Positions 23,189-36,361 of a stretch of 64,000 bases of DNA are shown here, piece after piece; the stretch's first letter is position 1; every line of letters starts with the position of its first letter. The position numbers and the translations under genes are program-made. The DNA lies in assembly GCA_043228905.1 (NCBI GenBank), contig JBHGNT010000113.1:18064-82063 (forward strand), read 5' to 3'. Below the pieces are notes generated by a model. It was given only the letters and a program-made list of their open reading frames with translations. It was not told the DNA's origin and searched no databases. This DNA comes from Azolla caroliniana (Eukaryota > Plantae > Polypodiophyta).

Positions 23189-24051
23189 ATAGTACATAAA
23201 CCTTGTTCAAATTATTCTCGTGGTCTCTCTCTAATTTCTCGTAAGTGTTTACGAACAAGTGCGTCTCCCCAATCGCGCATTACACCCACACGAACGTAAA
23301 CACGAGCACCAACGTCCCTCCAACACGAACGTAAACACGACCACCAACGTATAGAATTTGCCTATAGGGGACCGCAAACCACCCAAACGGAAAAAAAATA
23401 TCAAAGCAGAACACCCATACCGCACACGCCACGGCAACGGCTAAGGTCAACTTGTACACGCGGCGAATGTGAACTTGCTTCCACACTTGCCCGATAGGAC
23501 ACTCCTAGTGTGGTAGTCCGGTTAGCTTTCCTTGTCGTCGTCGTTACCAACCCCTCGTCCGAACGAGCGAGTACGGACACCGGTCTATCTACGTTCATCG
23601 ATGTAGCACACTCGGGAGCCACCACTCGTCCCGCAGTAGCCTCCGCGTGCTTAGTGTCTCGGCACTAGCGCGTGCTAGTTTAATGTGCACGTGCCCGCAC
23701 ACCCCTACGCGCACGCGCGAGTGCGCACATCTACCTACGTATGTATAAATGTTATGTTGCTCGACAAGCTCTCGCGCGAGGAGGAGGAGGAGTACCCGCC
23801 ACAGGTTGCGCCCAGATTGTCTGGTGACAATACGACACCTAGGACTAGCCTAGACGTGTGGGAGGGTGGACTAGTTGGTATGGGTCTTGGGCAAGAGTTG
23901 TACGCAGGGACACACACGTTATGGTAATGGGAGTGGTGAGTGACATGCATGTGCTCTGATTGCATGGCCATGTGTATATATTAAAGGTGGAGGGAGCAAT
24001 GTCAATACAATCCATTAGGAGACAAGCACCGGGATCATAAGGACAATCGCA

Positions 24052-24837
24052 ATGGCAAAGCTTACTTCCGTATTCCTCATGGCCGTGATCATGCTCGCCG
24101 CGTGTACCGCGGCCAATGCTAGGTCTGTAGGGCGGGACCGTGAAGAGGAGCGACGCGATCGACGTCGTGAGGGAGACATTGACGAGGAGAGGCGCGATCG
24201 ACGCCGAGAGGGGGAGTGCGATGACGAGAGGCGCGAGCGACGTCGTGAGGGGTTCCTTGAGGAGGGGCGCCGCTACAGAGACAACAAGAGAGACTCCGAA
24301 GAGGAAAGGGAACGTCGTAGCCGTGGTCGCGATGAGCCACGTGACGAGGAACTGAGGCGAGAGTGCGGTGATTTCATCGACAAGCAGATCCGAGAGCTAC
24401 AAGAGCGCTCCGAAAGAGAGGAAGGTGAACAAGGACGTCGCTCCCCATGGATCGAAAACACTCGATACTCAAGACCCTCGGAACGGTGCTGCAGGAACGT
24501 CGAACGAATCCCCGCCGAAGATCGATGCGATCGCCTACGTGATGCCTTGTATGCTGACGAGGAGGAACGACGCAATGATGAAGGCCGACGCCATGGCCAA
24601 CAATCAAGGGAACACCGTAGCTGGGAGGAAGAGGACGAGGAGCGCGAGAGAGATAGCAGCCGTGAGCGACGAGAGGGTGACGAACGCCGCCACCGCATGT
24701 CTCGACGACAAGAGGACGAACGTCAACAACGTCGCCAATTCAAGGCCGATGACGAGGAAAGAGCTCTAGGCGTCGCCGCCTCCCGCCTACTCCAACAGTG
24801 CGATCTTCGCCCTCGTGCTTGTATTCGTCGCTTCTAA
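24052..24837 (+). CDS. 2S-albumin-like storage protein (copy 15)
   Basis: Intact 261-aa ORF, consensus protein. Confidence 0.85.
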   Translation: MAKLTSVFLMAVIMLAACTAANARSVGRDREEERRDRRREGDIDEERRDRRREGECDDERRERRREGFLEEGRRYRDNKRDSEEERERRSRGRDEPRDEELRRECGDFIDKQIRELQERSEREEGEQGRRSPWIENTRYSRPSERCCRNVERIPAEDRCDRLRDALYADEEERRNDEGRRHGQQSREHRSWEEEDEERERDSSRERREGDERRHRMSRRQEDERQQRRQFKADDEERALGVAASRLLQQCDLRPRACIRRF

Positions 24838-25700
24838 ATAGTACATAAACCTTGTTCAAATTATTCTCGTGGTCTCTCTCTAATTTCTCGTAAGTGTTTA
24901 CGAACAAGTGCGTCTCCCCAATCGCGCATTACACCCACACGAACGTAAACACGAGCACCAACGTCCCTCCAACACGAACGTAAACACGACCACCAACGTA
25001 TAGAATTTGCCTATAGGGGACCGCAAACCACCCAAACGGAAAAAAAATATCAAAGCAGAACACCCATACCGCACACGCCACGGCAACGGCTAAGGTCAAC
25101 TTGTACACGCGGCGAATGTGAACTTGCTTCCACACTTGCCCGATAGGACACTCCTAGTGTGGTAGTCCGGTTAGCTTTCCTTGTCGTCGTCGTTACCAAC
25201 CCCTCGTCCGAACGAGCGAGTACGGACACCGGTCTATCTACGTTCATCGATGTAGCACACTCGGGAGCCACCACTCGTCCCGCAGTAGCCTCCGCGTGCT
25301 TAGTGTCTCGGCACTAGCGCGTGCTAGTTTAATGTGCACGTGCCCGCACACCCCTACGCGCACGCGCGAGTGCGCACATCTACCTACGTATGTATAAATG
25401 TTATGTTGCTCGACAAGCTCTCGCGCGAGGAGGAGGAGGAGTACCCGCCACAGGTTGCGCCCAGATTGTCTGGTGACAATACGACACCTAGGACTAGCCT
25501 AGACGTGTGGGAGGGTGGACTAGTTGGTATGGGTCTTGGGCAAGAGTTGTACGCAGGGACACACACGTTATGGTAATGGGAGTGGTGAGTGACATGCATG
25601 TGCTCTGATTGCATGGCCATGTGTATATATTAAAGGTGGAGGGAGCAATGTCAATACAATCCATTAGGAGACAAGCACCGGGATCATAAGGACAATCGCA

Positions 25701-26486
25701 ATGGCAAAGCTTACTTCCGTATTCCTCATGGCCGTGATCATGCTCGCCGCGTGTACCGCGGCCAATGCTAGGTCTGTAGGGCGGGACCGTGAAGAGGAGC
25801 GACGCGATCGACGTCGTGAGGGAGACATTGACGAGGAGAGGCGCGATCGACGCCGAGAGGGGGAGTGCGATGACGAGAGGCGCGAGCGACGTCGTGAGGG
25901 GTTCCTTGAGGAGGGGCGCCGCTACAGAGACAACAAGAGAGACTCCGAAGAGGAAAGGGAACGTCGTAGCCGTGGTCGCGATGAGCCACGTGACGAGGAA
26001 CTGAGGCGAGAGTGCGGTGATTTCATCGACAAGCAGATCCGAGAGCTACAAGAGCGCTCCGAAAGAGAGGAAGGTGAACAAGGACGTCGCTCCCCATGGA
26101 TCGAAAACACTCGATACTCAAGACCCTCGGAACGGTGCTGCAGGAACGTCGAACGAATCCCCGCCGAAGATCGATGCGATCGCCTACGTGATGCCTTGTA
26201 TGCTGACGAGGAGGAACGACGCAATGATGAAGGCCGACGCCATGGCCAACAATCAAGGGAACACCGTAGCTGGGAGGAAGAGGACGAGGAGCGCGAGAGA
26301 GATAGCAGCCGTGAGCGACGAGAGGGTGACGAACGCCGCCACCGCATGTCTCGACGACAAGAGGACGAACGTCAACAACGTCGCCAATTCAAGGCCGATG
26401 ACGAGGAAAGAGCTCTAGGCGTCGCCGCCTCCCGCCTACTCCAACAGTGCGATCTTCGCCCTCGTGCTTGTATTCGTCGCTTCTAA
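25701..26486 (+). CDS. 2S-albumin-like storage protein (copy 16)
   Basis: Intact 261-aa ORF, consensus protein. Confidence 0.85.
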   Translation: MAKLTSVFLMAVIMLAACTAANARSVGRDREEERRDRRREGDIDEERRDRRREGECDDERRERRREGFLEEGRRYRDNKRDSEEERERRSRGRDEPRDEELRRECGDFIDKQIRELQERSEREEGEQGRRSPWIENTRYSRPSERCCRNVERIPAEDRCDRLRDALYADEEERRNDEGRRHGQQSREHRSWEEEDEERERDSSRERREGDERRHRMSRRQEDERQQRRQFKADDEERALGVAASRLLQQCDLRPRACIRRF

Positions 26487-27343
26487 ATAGTACATAAACC
26501 TTGTTCAAATTATTCTCGTGGTCTCTCTCTAATTACACCCACACGAACAAGTGCGTCTCCCCAATCGCGCATTACACCCACACGAACGTAAACACGAGCA
26601 CCAACGTCCCTCCAACACGAACGTAAACACGACCACCAACGTATAGAATTTGCCTATAGGGGACCGCAAACCACCCAAACGGAAAAAAAATATCAAAGCA
26701 GAACACCCATACCGCACACGCCACGGCAACGGCTAAGGTCAACTTGTACACGCGGCGAATGTGAACTTGCTTCCACACTTGCCCGATAGGACACTCCTAG
26801 TGTGGTAGTCCGGTTAGCTTTCCTTGTCGTCGTCGTTACCAACCCCTCGTCCGAACGAGCGAGTACGGACACCGGTCTATCTACGTTCATCGATGTAGCA
26901 CACTCGGGAGCCACCACTCGTCCCGCAGTAGCCTCCGCGTGCTTAGTGTCTCGGCACTAGCGCGTGCTAGTTTAATGTGCACGTGCCCGCACACCCCTAC
27001 GCGCACGCGCGAGTGCGCACATCTACCTACGTATGTATAAATGTTATGTTGCTCGACAAGCTCTCGCGCGAGGAGGAGGAGGAGTACCCGCCACAGGTTG
27101 CGCCCAGATTGTCTGGTGACAATACGACACCTAGGACTAGCCTAGACGTGTGGGAGGGTGGACTAGTTGGTATGGGTCTTGGGCAAGAGTTGTACGCAGG
27201 GACACACACGTTATGGTAATGGGAGTGGTGAGTGACATGCATGTGCTCTGATTGCATGGCCATGTGTATATATTAAAGGTGGAGGGAGCAATGTCAATAC
27301 AATCCATTAGGAGACAAGCACCGGGATCATAAGGACAATCGCA

Positions 27344-28129
27344 ATGGCAAAGCTTACTTCCGTATTCCTCATGGCCGTGATCATGCTCGCCGCGTGTACC
27401 GCGGCCAATGCTAGGTCTGTAGGGCGGGACCGTGAAGAGGAGCGACGCGATCGACGTCGTGAGGGAGACATTGACGAGGAGAGGCGCGATTGACGCCGAG
27501 AGGGGGAGTGCGATGACGAGAGGCGCGAGCGACGTCGTGAGGGGTTCCTTGAGGAGGGGCGCCGCTACAGAGACAACAAGAGAGACTCCGAAGAGGAAAG
27601 GGAACGTCGTAGCCGTGGTCGCGATGAGCCACGTGACGAGGAACTGAGGCGAGAGTGCGGTGATTTCATCGACAAGCAGATCCGAGAGCTACAAGAGCGC
27701 TCCGAAAGAGAGGAAGGTGAACAAGGACGTCGCTCCCCATGGATCGAAAACACTCGATACTCAAGACCCTCGGAACGGTGCTGCAGGAACGTCGAACGAA
27801 TCCCCGCCGAAGATCGATGCGATCGCCTACGTGATGCCTTGTATGCTGACGAGGAGGAACGACGCAATGATGAAGGCCGACGCCATGGCCAACAATCAAG
27901 GGAACACCGTAGCTGGGAGGAAGAGGACGAGGAGCGCGAGAGAGATAGCAGCCGTGAGCGACGAGAGGGTGACGAACGCCGCCACCGCATGTCTCGACGA
28001 CAAGAGGACGAACGTCAACAACGTCGCCAATTCAAGGCCGATGACGAGGAAAGAGCTCTAGGCGTCGCCGCCTCCCGCCTACTCCAACAGTGCGATCTTC
28101 GCCCTCGTGCTTGTATTCGTCGCTTCTAA
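27344..28129 (+). pseudogene. 2S-albumin-like gene copy 17 with nonsense mutation R50*
   Basis: ATG at 27344; CGA>TGA at 27491-27493; remainder matches consensus to TAA at 28129. Confidence 0.88.
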
Positions 28130-28986
28130 ATAGTACATAAACCTTGTTCAAATTATTCTCGTGGTCTCTCTCTAATTACACCCACACGAACAAGTGCGTC
28201 TCCCCAATCGCGCATTACACCCACACGAACGTAAACACGAGCACCAACGTCCCTCCAACACGAACGTAAACACGACCACCAACGTATAGAATTTGCCTAT
28301 AGGGGACCGCAAACCACCCAAACGGAAAAAAAATATCAAAGCAGAACACCCATACCGCACACGCCACGGCAACGGCTAAGGTCAACTTGTACACGCGGCG
28401 AATGTGAACTTGCTTCCACACTTGCCCGATAGGACACTCCTAGTGTGGTAGTCCGGTTAGCTTTCCTTGTCGTCGTCGTTACCAACCCCTCGTCCGAACG
28501 AGCGAGTACGGACACCGGTCTATCTACGTTCATCGATGTAGCACACTCGGGAGCCACCACTCGTCCCGCAGTAGCCTCCGCGTGCTTAGTGTCTCGGCAC
28601 TAGCGCGTGCTAGTTTAATGTGCACGTGCCCGCACACCCCTACGCGCACGCGCGAGTGCGCACATCTACCTACGTATGTATAAATGTTATGTTGCTCGAC
28701 AAGCTCTCGCGCGAGGAGGAGGAGGAGTACCCGCCACAGGTTGCGCCCAGATTGTCTGGTGACAATACGACACCTAGGACTAGCCTAGACGTGTGGGAGG
28801 GTGGACTAGTTGGTATGGGTCTTGGGCAAGAGTTGTACGCAGGGACACACACGTTATGGTAATGGGAGTGGTGAGTGACATGCATGTGCTCTGATTGCAT
28901 GGCCATGTGTATATATTAAAGGTGGAGGGAGCAATGTCAATACAATCCATTAGGAGACAAGCACCGGGATCATAAGGACAATCGCA

Positions 28987-29772
28987 ATGGCAAAGCTTAC
29001 TTCCGTATTCCTCATGGCCGTGATCATGCTCGCCGCGTGTACCGCGGCCAATGCTAGGTCTGTAGGGCGGGACCGTGAAGAGGAGCGACGCGATCGACGT
29101 CGTGAGGGAGACATTGACGAGGAGAGGCGCGATCGACGCCGAGAGGGGGAGTGCGATGACGAGAGGCGCGAGCGACGTCGTGAGGGGTTCCTTGAGGAGG
29201 GGCGCCGCTACAGAGACAACAAGAGAGACTCCGAAGAGGAAAGGGAACGTCGTAGCCGTGGTCGCGATGAGCCACGTGACGAGGAACTGAGGCGAGAGTG
29301 CGGTGATTTCATCGACAAGCAGATCCGAGAGCTACAAGAGCGCTCCGAAAGAGAGGAAGGTGAACAAGGACGTCGCTCCCCATGGATCGAAAACACTCGA
29401 TACTCAAGACCCTCGGAACGGTGCTGCAGGAACGTCGAACGAATCCCCGCCGAAGATCGATGCGATCGCCTACGTGATGCCTTGTATGCTGACGAGGAGG
29501 AACGACGCAATGATGAAGGCCGACGCCATGGCCAACAATCAAGGGAACACCGTAGCTGGGAGGAAGAGGACGAGGAGCGCGAGAGAGATAGCAGCCGTGA
29601 GCGACGAGAGGGTGACGAACGCCGCCACCGCATGTCTCGACGACAAGAGGACGAACGTCAACAACGTCGCCAATTCAAGGCCGATGACGAGGAAAGAGCT
29701 CTAGGCGTCGCCGCCTCCCGCCTACTCCAACAGTGCGATCTTCGCCCTCGTGCTTGTATTCGTCGCTTCTAA
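28987..29772 (+). CDS. 2S-albumin-like storage protein (copy 18)
   Basis: Intact 261-aa ORF, consensus protein. Confidence 0.85.
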   Translation: MAKLTSVFLMAVIMLAACTAANARSVGRDREEERRDRRREGDIDEERRDRRREGECDDERRERRREGFLEEGRRYRDNKRDSEEERERRSRGRDEPRDEELRRECGDFIDKQIRELQERSEREEGEQGRRSPWIENTRYSRPSERCCRNVERIPAEDRCDRLRDALYADEEERRNDEGRRHGQQSREHRSWEEEDEERERDSSRERREGDERRHRMSRRQEDERQQRRQFKADDEERALGVAASRLLQQCDLRPRACIRRF

Positions 29773-30629
29773 ATAGTACATAAACCTTGTTCAAATTATT
29801 CTCGTGGTCTCTCTCTAATTACACCCACACGAACAAGTGCGTCTCCCCAATCGCGCATTACACCCACACGAACGTAAACACGAGCACCAACGTCCCTCCA
29901 ACACGAACGTAAACACGACCACCAACGTATAGAATTTGCCTATAGGGGACCGCAAACCACCCAAACGGAAAAAAAATATCAAAGCAGAACACCCATACCG
30001 CACACGCCACGGCAACGGCTAAGGTCAACTTGTACACGCGGCGAATGTGAACTTGCTTCCACACTTGCCCGATAGGACACTCCTAGTGTGGTAGTCCGGT
30101 TAGCTTTCCTTGTCGTCGTCGTTACCAACCCCTCGTCCGAACGAGCGAGTACGGACACCGGTCTATCTACGTTCATCGATGTAGCACACTCGGGAGCCAC
30201 CACTCGTCCCGCAGTAGCCTCCGCGTGCTTAGTGTCTCGGCACTAGCGCGTGCTAGTTTAATGTGCACGTGCCCGCACACCCCTACGCGCACGCGCGAGT
30301 GCGCACATCTACCTACGTATGTATAAATGTTATGTTGCTCGACAAGCTCTCGCGCGAGGAGGAGGAGGAGTACCCGCCACAGGTTGCGCCCAGATTGTCT
30401 GGTGACAATACGACACCTAGGACTAGCCTAGACGTGTGGGAGGGTGGACTAGTTGGTATGGGTCTTGGGCAAGAGTTGTACGCAGGGACACACACGTTAT
30501 GGTAATGGGAGTGGTGAGTGACATGCATGTGCTCTGATTGCATGGCCATGTGTATATATTAAAGGTGGAGGGAGCAATGTCAATACAATCCATTAGGAGA
30601 CAAGCACCGGGATCATAAGGACAATCGCA

Positions 30630-31415
30630 ATGGCAAAGCTTACTTCCGTATTCCTCATGGCCGTGATCATGCTCGCCGCGTGTACCGCGGCCAATGCTAG
30701 GTCTGTAGGGCGGGACCGTGAAGAGGAGCGACGCGATCGACGTCGTGAGGGAGACATTGACGAGGAGAGGCGCGATCGACGCCGAGAGGGGGAGTGCGAT
30801 GACGAGAGGCGCGAGCGACGTCGTGAGGGGTTCCTTGAGGAGGGGCGCCGCTACAGAGACAACAAGAGAGACTCCGAAGAGGAAAGGGAACGTCGTAGCC
30901 GTGGTCGCGATGAGCCACGTGACGAGGAACTGAGGCGAGAGTGCGGTGATTTCATCGACAAGCAGATCCGAGAGCTACAAGAGCGCTCCGAAAGAGAGGA
31001 AGGTGAACAAGGACGTCGCTCCCCATGGATCGAAAACACTCGATACTCAAGACCCTCGGAACGGTGCTGCAGGAACGTCGAACGAATCCCCGCCGAAGAT
31101 CGATGCGATCGCCTACGTGATGCCTTGTATGCTGACGAGGAGGAACGACGCAATGATGAAGGCCGACGCCATGGCCAACAATCAAGGGAACACCGTAGCT
31201 GGGAGGAAGAGGACGAGGAGCGCGAGAGAGATAGCAGCCGTGAGCGACGAGAGGGTGACGAACGCCGCCACCGCATGTCTCGACGACAAGAGGACGAACG
31301 TCAACAACGTCGCCAATTCAAGGCCGATGACGAGGAAAGAGCTCTAGGCGTCGCCGCCTCCCGCCTACTCCAACAGTGCGATCTTCGCCCTCGTGCTTGT
31401 ATTCGTCGCTTCTAA
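30630..31415 (+). CDS. 2S-albumin-like storage protein (copy 19)
   Basis: Intact 261-aa ORF, consensus protein. Confidence 0.85.
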   Translation: MAKLTSVFLMAVIMLAACTAANARSVGRDREEERRDRRREGDIDEERRDRRREGECDDERRERRREGFLEEGRRYRDNKRDSEEERERRSRGRDEPRDEELRRECGDFIDKQIRELQERSEREEGEQGRRSPWIENTRYSRPSERCCRNVERIPAEDRCDRLRDALYADEEERRNDEGRRHGQQSREHRSWEEEDEERERDSSRERREGDERRHRMSRRQEDERQQRRQFKADDEERALGVAASRLLQQCDLRPRACIRRF

Positions 31416-32278
31416 ATAGTACATAAACCTTGTTCAAATTATTCTCGTGGTCTCTCTCTAATTTCTCGTAAGTGTTTACGAACAAGTGCGTCTCCCCAAT
31501 CGCGCATTACACCCACACGAACGTAAACACGAGCACCAACGTCCCTCCAACACGAACGTAAACACGACCACCAACGTATAGAATTTGCCTATAGGGGACC
31601 GCAAACCACCCAAACGGAAAAAAAATATCAAAGCAGAACACCCATACCGCACACGCCACGGCAACGGCTAAGGTCAACTTGTACACGCGGCGAATGTGAA
31701 CTTGCTTCCACACTTGCCCGATAGGACACTCCTAGTGTGGTAGTCCGGTTAGCTTTCCTTGTCGTCGTCGTTACCAACCCCTCGTCCGAACGAGCGAGTA
31801 CGGACACCGGTCTATCTACGTTCATCGATGTAGCACACTCGGGAGCCACCACTCGTCCCGCAGTAGCCTCCGCGTGCTTAGTGTCTCGGCACTAGCGCGT
31901 GCTAGTTTAATGTGCACGTGCCCGCACACCCCTACGCGCACGCGCGAGTGCGCACATCTACCTACGTATGTATAAATGTTATGTTGCTCGACAAGCTCTC
32001 GCGCGAGGAGGAGGAGGAGTACCCGCCACAGGTTGCGCCCAGATTGTCTGGTGACAATACGACACCTAGGACTAGCCTAGACGTGTGGGAGGGTGGACTA
32101 GTTGGTATGGGTCTTGGGCAAGAGTTGTACGCAGGGACACACACGTTATGGTAATGGGAGTGGTGAGTGACATGCATGTGCTCTGATTGCATGGCCATGT
32201 GTATATATTAAAGGTGGAGGGAGCAATGTCAATACAATCCATTAGGAGACAAGCACCGGGATCATAAGGACAATCGCA

Positions 32279-33063
32279 ATGGCAAAGCTTACTTCCGTAT
32301 TCCTCATGGCCGTGATCATGCTCGTCGCGTGTACCGCGGCCAATGCTAGGTCTGTAGGGCGGGACCGTGAAGAGGAGCGACGCGATCGACGTCGTGAGGG
32401 AGACATTGACGAGGAGAGGCGCGATCGACGCCGAGAGGGGGAGTGCGATGACGAGAGGCGCGAGCGACGTCGTGAGGGGTTCCTTGAGGAGGGGCGCCGC
32501 TACAGAGACAACAAGAGAGACTCCGAAGAGGAAAGGGAACGTCGTAGCCGTGGTCGCGATGAGCCACGTGACGAGGAACTGAGGCGAGAGTGCGGTGATT
32601 TCATCGACAAGCAGATCCGAGAGCTACAAGAGCGCTCCGAAAGAGAGGAAGGTGAACAAGGACGTCGCTCCCCATGGATCGAAAACACTCGATACTCAAG
32701 ACCCTCGGAACGGTGCTGCAGGAACGTCGAACGAATCCCCGCCGAAGATCGATGCGATCGCCTACGTGATGCCTTGTATGCTGACGAGGAGGAACGACGC
32801 AATGATGAAGGCCGACGCCATGGCCAACAATCAAGGGAACACCGTAGCTGGGAGGAAGAGGACGAGGAGCGCGAGAGAGATAGCAGCCGTGAGCGACGAG
32901 AGGGTGACGAACGCCGCCACCGCATGTCTCGACGACAAGAGGACGAACGAAACCACGTCGCCAATTCAAGGCCGATGACGAGGAAAGAGCTCTAGGCGTC
33001 GCCGCCTCCCGCCTACTCCAACAGTGCGATCTTCGCCCTCGTGCTTGTATTCGTCGCTTCTAA
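32279..33063 (+). pseudogene. 2S-albumin-like gene copy 20 with -1 frameshift near codon 224 (238-aa product ending at 32995)
   Basis: Consensus CGTCAACAACGT is CGAAACCACGT near 32948-32958; unit is 1648 bp; the last two Cys are lost; also A16V. Confidence 0.8.
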
Positions 33064-33926
33064 ATAGTACATAAACCTTGTTCAAATTATTCTCGTGGTC
33101 TCTCTCTAATTTCTCGTAAGTGTTTACGAACAAGTGCGTCTCCCCAATCGCGCATTACACCCACACGAACGTAAACACGAGCACCAACGTCCCTCCAACA
33201 CGAACGTAAACACGACCACCAACGTATAGAATTTGCCTATAGGGGACCGCAAACCACCCAAACGGAAAAAAAATATCAAAGCAGAACACCCATACCGCAC
33301 ACGCCACGGCAACGGCTAAGGTCAACTTGTACACGCGGCGAATGTGAACTTGCTTCCACACTTGCCCGATAGGACACTCCTAGTGTGGTAGTCCGGTTAG
33401 CTTTCCTTGTCGTCGTCGTTACCAACCCCTCGTCCGAACGAGCGAGTACGGACACCGGTCTATCTACGTTCATCGATGTAGCACACTCGGGAGCCACCAC
33501 TCGTCCCGCAGTAGCCTCCGCGTGCTTAGTGTCTCGGCACTAGCGCGTGCTAGTTTAATGTGCACGTGCCCGCACACCCCTACGCGCACGCGCGAGTGCG
33601 CACATCTACCTACGTATGTATAAATGTTATGTTGCTCGACAAGCTCTCGCGCGAGGAGGAGGAGGAGTACCCGCCACAGGTTGCGCCCAGATTGTCTGGT
33701 GACAATACGACACCTAGGACTAGCCTAGACGTGTGGGAGGGTGGACTAGTTGGTATGGGTCTTGGGCAAGAGTTGTACGCAGGGACACACACGTTATGGT
33801 AATGGGAGTGGTGAGTGACATGCATGTGCTCTGATTGCATGGCCATGTGTATATATTAAAGGTGGAGGGAGCAATGTCAATACAATCCATTAGGAGACAA
33901 GCACCGGGATCATAAGGACAATCGCA

Positions 33927-34712
33927 ATGGCAAAGCTTACTTCCGTATTCCTCATGGCCGTGATCATGCTCGTCGCGTGTACCACGGCCAATGCTAGGTC
34001 TGTAGGGCGGGACCGTGAAGAGGAGCGACGCGATCGACGTCGTGAGGGAGACATTGACGAGGAGAGGCGCGATCGACGCCGAGAGGGGGAGTGCGATGAC
34101 GAGAGGCGCGAGCGACGTCGTGAGGGGTTCCTTGAGGAGGGGCGCCGCTACAGAGACAACAAGAGAGACTCCGAAGAGGAAAGGGAACGTCGTAGCCGTG
34201 GTCGCGATGAGCCACGTGACGAGGAACTGAGGCGAGAGTGCGGTGATTTCATCGACAAGCAGATCCGAGAGCTACAAGAGCGCTCCGAAAGAGAGGAAGG
34301 TGAACAAGGACGTCGCTCCCCATGGATCGAAAACACTCGATACTCAAGACCCTCGGAACGGTGCTGCAGGAACGTCGAACGAATCCCCGCCGAAGATCGA
34401 TGCGATCGCCTACGTGATGCCTTGTATGCTGACGAGGAGGAACGACGCAATGATGAAGGCCGACGCCATGGCCAACAATCAAGGGAACACCGTAGCTGGG
34501 AGGAAGAGGACGAGGAGCGCGAGAGAGATAGCAGCCGTGAGCGACGAGAGGGTGACGAACGCCGCCACCGCATGTCTCGACGACAAGAGGACGAACGTCA
34601 ACAACGTCGCCAATTCAAGGCCGATGACGAGGAAAGAGCTCTAGGCGTCGCCGCCTCCCGCCTACTCCAACAGTGCGATCTTCGCCCTCGTGCTTGTATT
34701 CGTCGCTTCTAA
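33927..34712 (+). CDS. 2S-albumin-like storage protein (copy 21, A16V A20T)
   Basis: Intact 261-aa ORF; two signal-peptide substitutions. Confidence 0.85.
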   Translation: MAKLTSVFLMAVIMLVACTTANARSVGRDREEERRDRRREGDIDEERRDRRREGECDDERRERRREGFLEEGRRYRDNKRDSEEERERRSRGRDEPRDEELRRECGDFIDKQIRELQERSEREEGEQGRRSPWIENTRYSRPSERCCRNVERIPAEDRCDRLRDALYADEEERRNDEGRRHGQQSREHRSWEEEDEERERDSSRERREGDERRHRMSRRQEDERQQRRQFKADDEERALGVAASRLLQQCDLRPRACIRRF

Positions 34713-35575
34713 ATAGTACATAAACCTTGTTCAAATTATTCTCGTGGTCTCTCTCTAATTTCTCGTAAGTGTTTACGAACAAGTGCGTCTCCCCAATCGC
34801 GCATTACACCCACACGAACGTAAACACGAGCACCAACGTCCCTCCAACACGAACGTAAACACGACCACCAACGTATAGAATTTGCCTATAGGGGACCGCA
34901 AACCACCCAAACGGAAAAAAAATATCAAAGCAGAACACCCATACCGCACACGCCACGGCAACGGCTAAGGTCAACTTGTACACGCGGCGAATGTGAACTT
35001 GCTTCCACACTTGCCCGATAGGACACTCCTAGTGTGGTAGTCCGGTTAGCTTTCCTTGTCGTCGTCGTTACCAACCCCTCGTCCGAACGAGCGAGTACGG
35101 ACACCGGTCTATCTACGTTCATCGATGTAGCACACTCGGGAGCCACCACTCGTCCCGCAGTAGCCTCCGCGTGCTTAGTGTCTCGGCACTAGCGCGTGCT
35201 AGTTTAATGTGCACGTGCCCGCACACCCCTACGCGCACGCGCGAGTGCGCACATCTACCTACGTATGTATAAATGTTATGTTGCTCGACAAGCTCTCGCG
35301 CGAGGAGGAGGAGGAGTACCCGCCACAGGTTGCGCCCAGATTGTCTGGTGACAATACGACACCTAGGACTAGCCTAGACGTGTGGGAGGGTGGACTAGTT
35401 GGTATGGGTCTTGGGCAAGAGTTGTACGCAGGGACACACACGTTATGGTAATGGGAGTGGTGAGTGACATGCATGTGCTCTGATTGCATGGCCATGTGTA
35501 TATATTAAAGGTGGAGGGAGCAATGTCAATACAATCCATTAGGAGACAAGCACCGGGATCATAAGGACAATCGCA

Positions 35576-36361
35576 ATGGCAAAGCTTACTTCCGTATTCC
35601 TCATGGCCGTGATCATGCTCGCCGCGTGTACCGCGGCCAATGCTAGGTCTGTAGGGCGGGACCGTGAAGAGGAGCGACGCGATCGACGTCGTGAGGGAGA
35701 CATTGACGAGGAGAGGCGCGATCGACGCCGAGAGGGGGAGTGCGATGACGAGAGGCGCGAGCGACGTCGTGAGGGGTTCCTTGAGGAGGGGCGCCGCTAC
35801 AGAGACAACAAGAGAGACTCCGAAGAGGAAAGGGAACGTCGTAGCCGTGGTCGCGATGAGCCACGTGACGAGGAACTGAGGCGAGAGTGCGGTGATTTCA
35901 TCGACAAGCAGATCCGAGAGCTACAAGAGCGCTCCGAAAGAGAGGAAGGTGAACAAGGACGTCGCTCCCCATGGATCGAAAACACTCGATACTCAAGACC
36001 CTCGGAACGGTGCTGCAGGAACGTCGAACGAATCCCCGCCGATGATCGATGCGATCGCCTACGTGATGCCTTGTATGCTGATGAGGAGGAACGACGCAAT
36101 GATGAAGGCCGACGCCATGGCCAACAATCAAGGGAACACCGTAGCTGGGAGGAAGAGGACGAGGAGCGCGAGAGAGATAGCAGCCGTGAGCGACGAGAGG
36201 GTGACGAACGCCGCCACCGCATGTCTCGACGACAAGAGGACGAACGTCAACAACGTCGCCAATTCAAGGCCGATGACGAGGAAAGAGCTCTAGGCGTCGC
36301 CGCCTCCCGCCTACTCCAACAGTGCGATCTTCGCCCTCGTGCTTGTATTCGTCGCTTCTAA
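35576..36361 (+). CDS. 2S-albumin-like storage protein (copy 22, E156D)
   Basis: Intact 261-aa ORF; IPADDRC. Confidence 0.85.
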   Translation: MAKLTSVFLMAVIMLAACTAANARSVGRDREEERRDRRREGDIDEERRDRRREGECDDERRERRREGFLEEGRRYRDNKRDSEEERERRSRGRDEPRDEELRRECGDFIDKQIRELQERSEREEGEQGRRSPWIENTRYSRPSERCCRNVERIPADDRCDRLRDALYADEEERRNDEGRRHGQQSREHRSWEEEDEERERDSSRERREGDERRHRMSRRQEDERQQRRQFKADDEERALGVAASRLLQQCDLRPRACIRRF

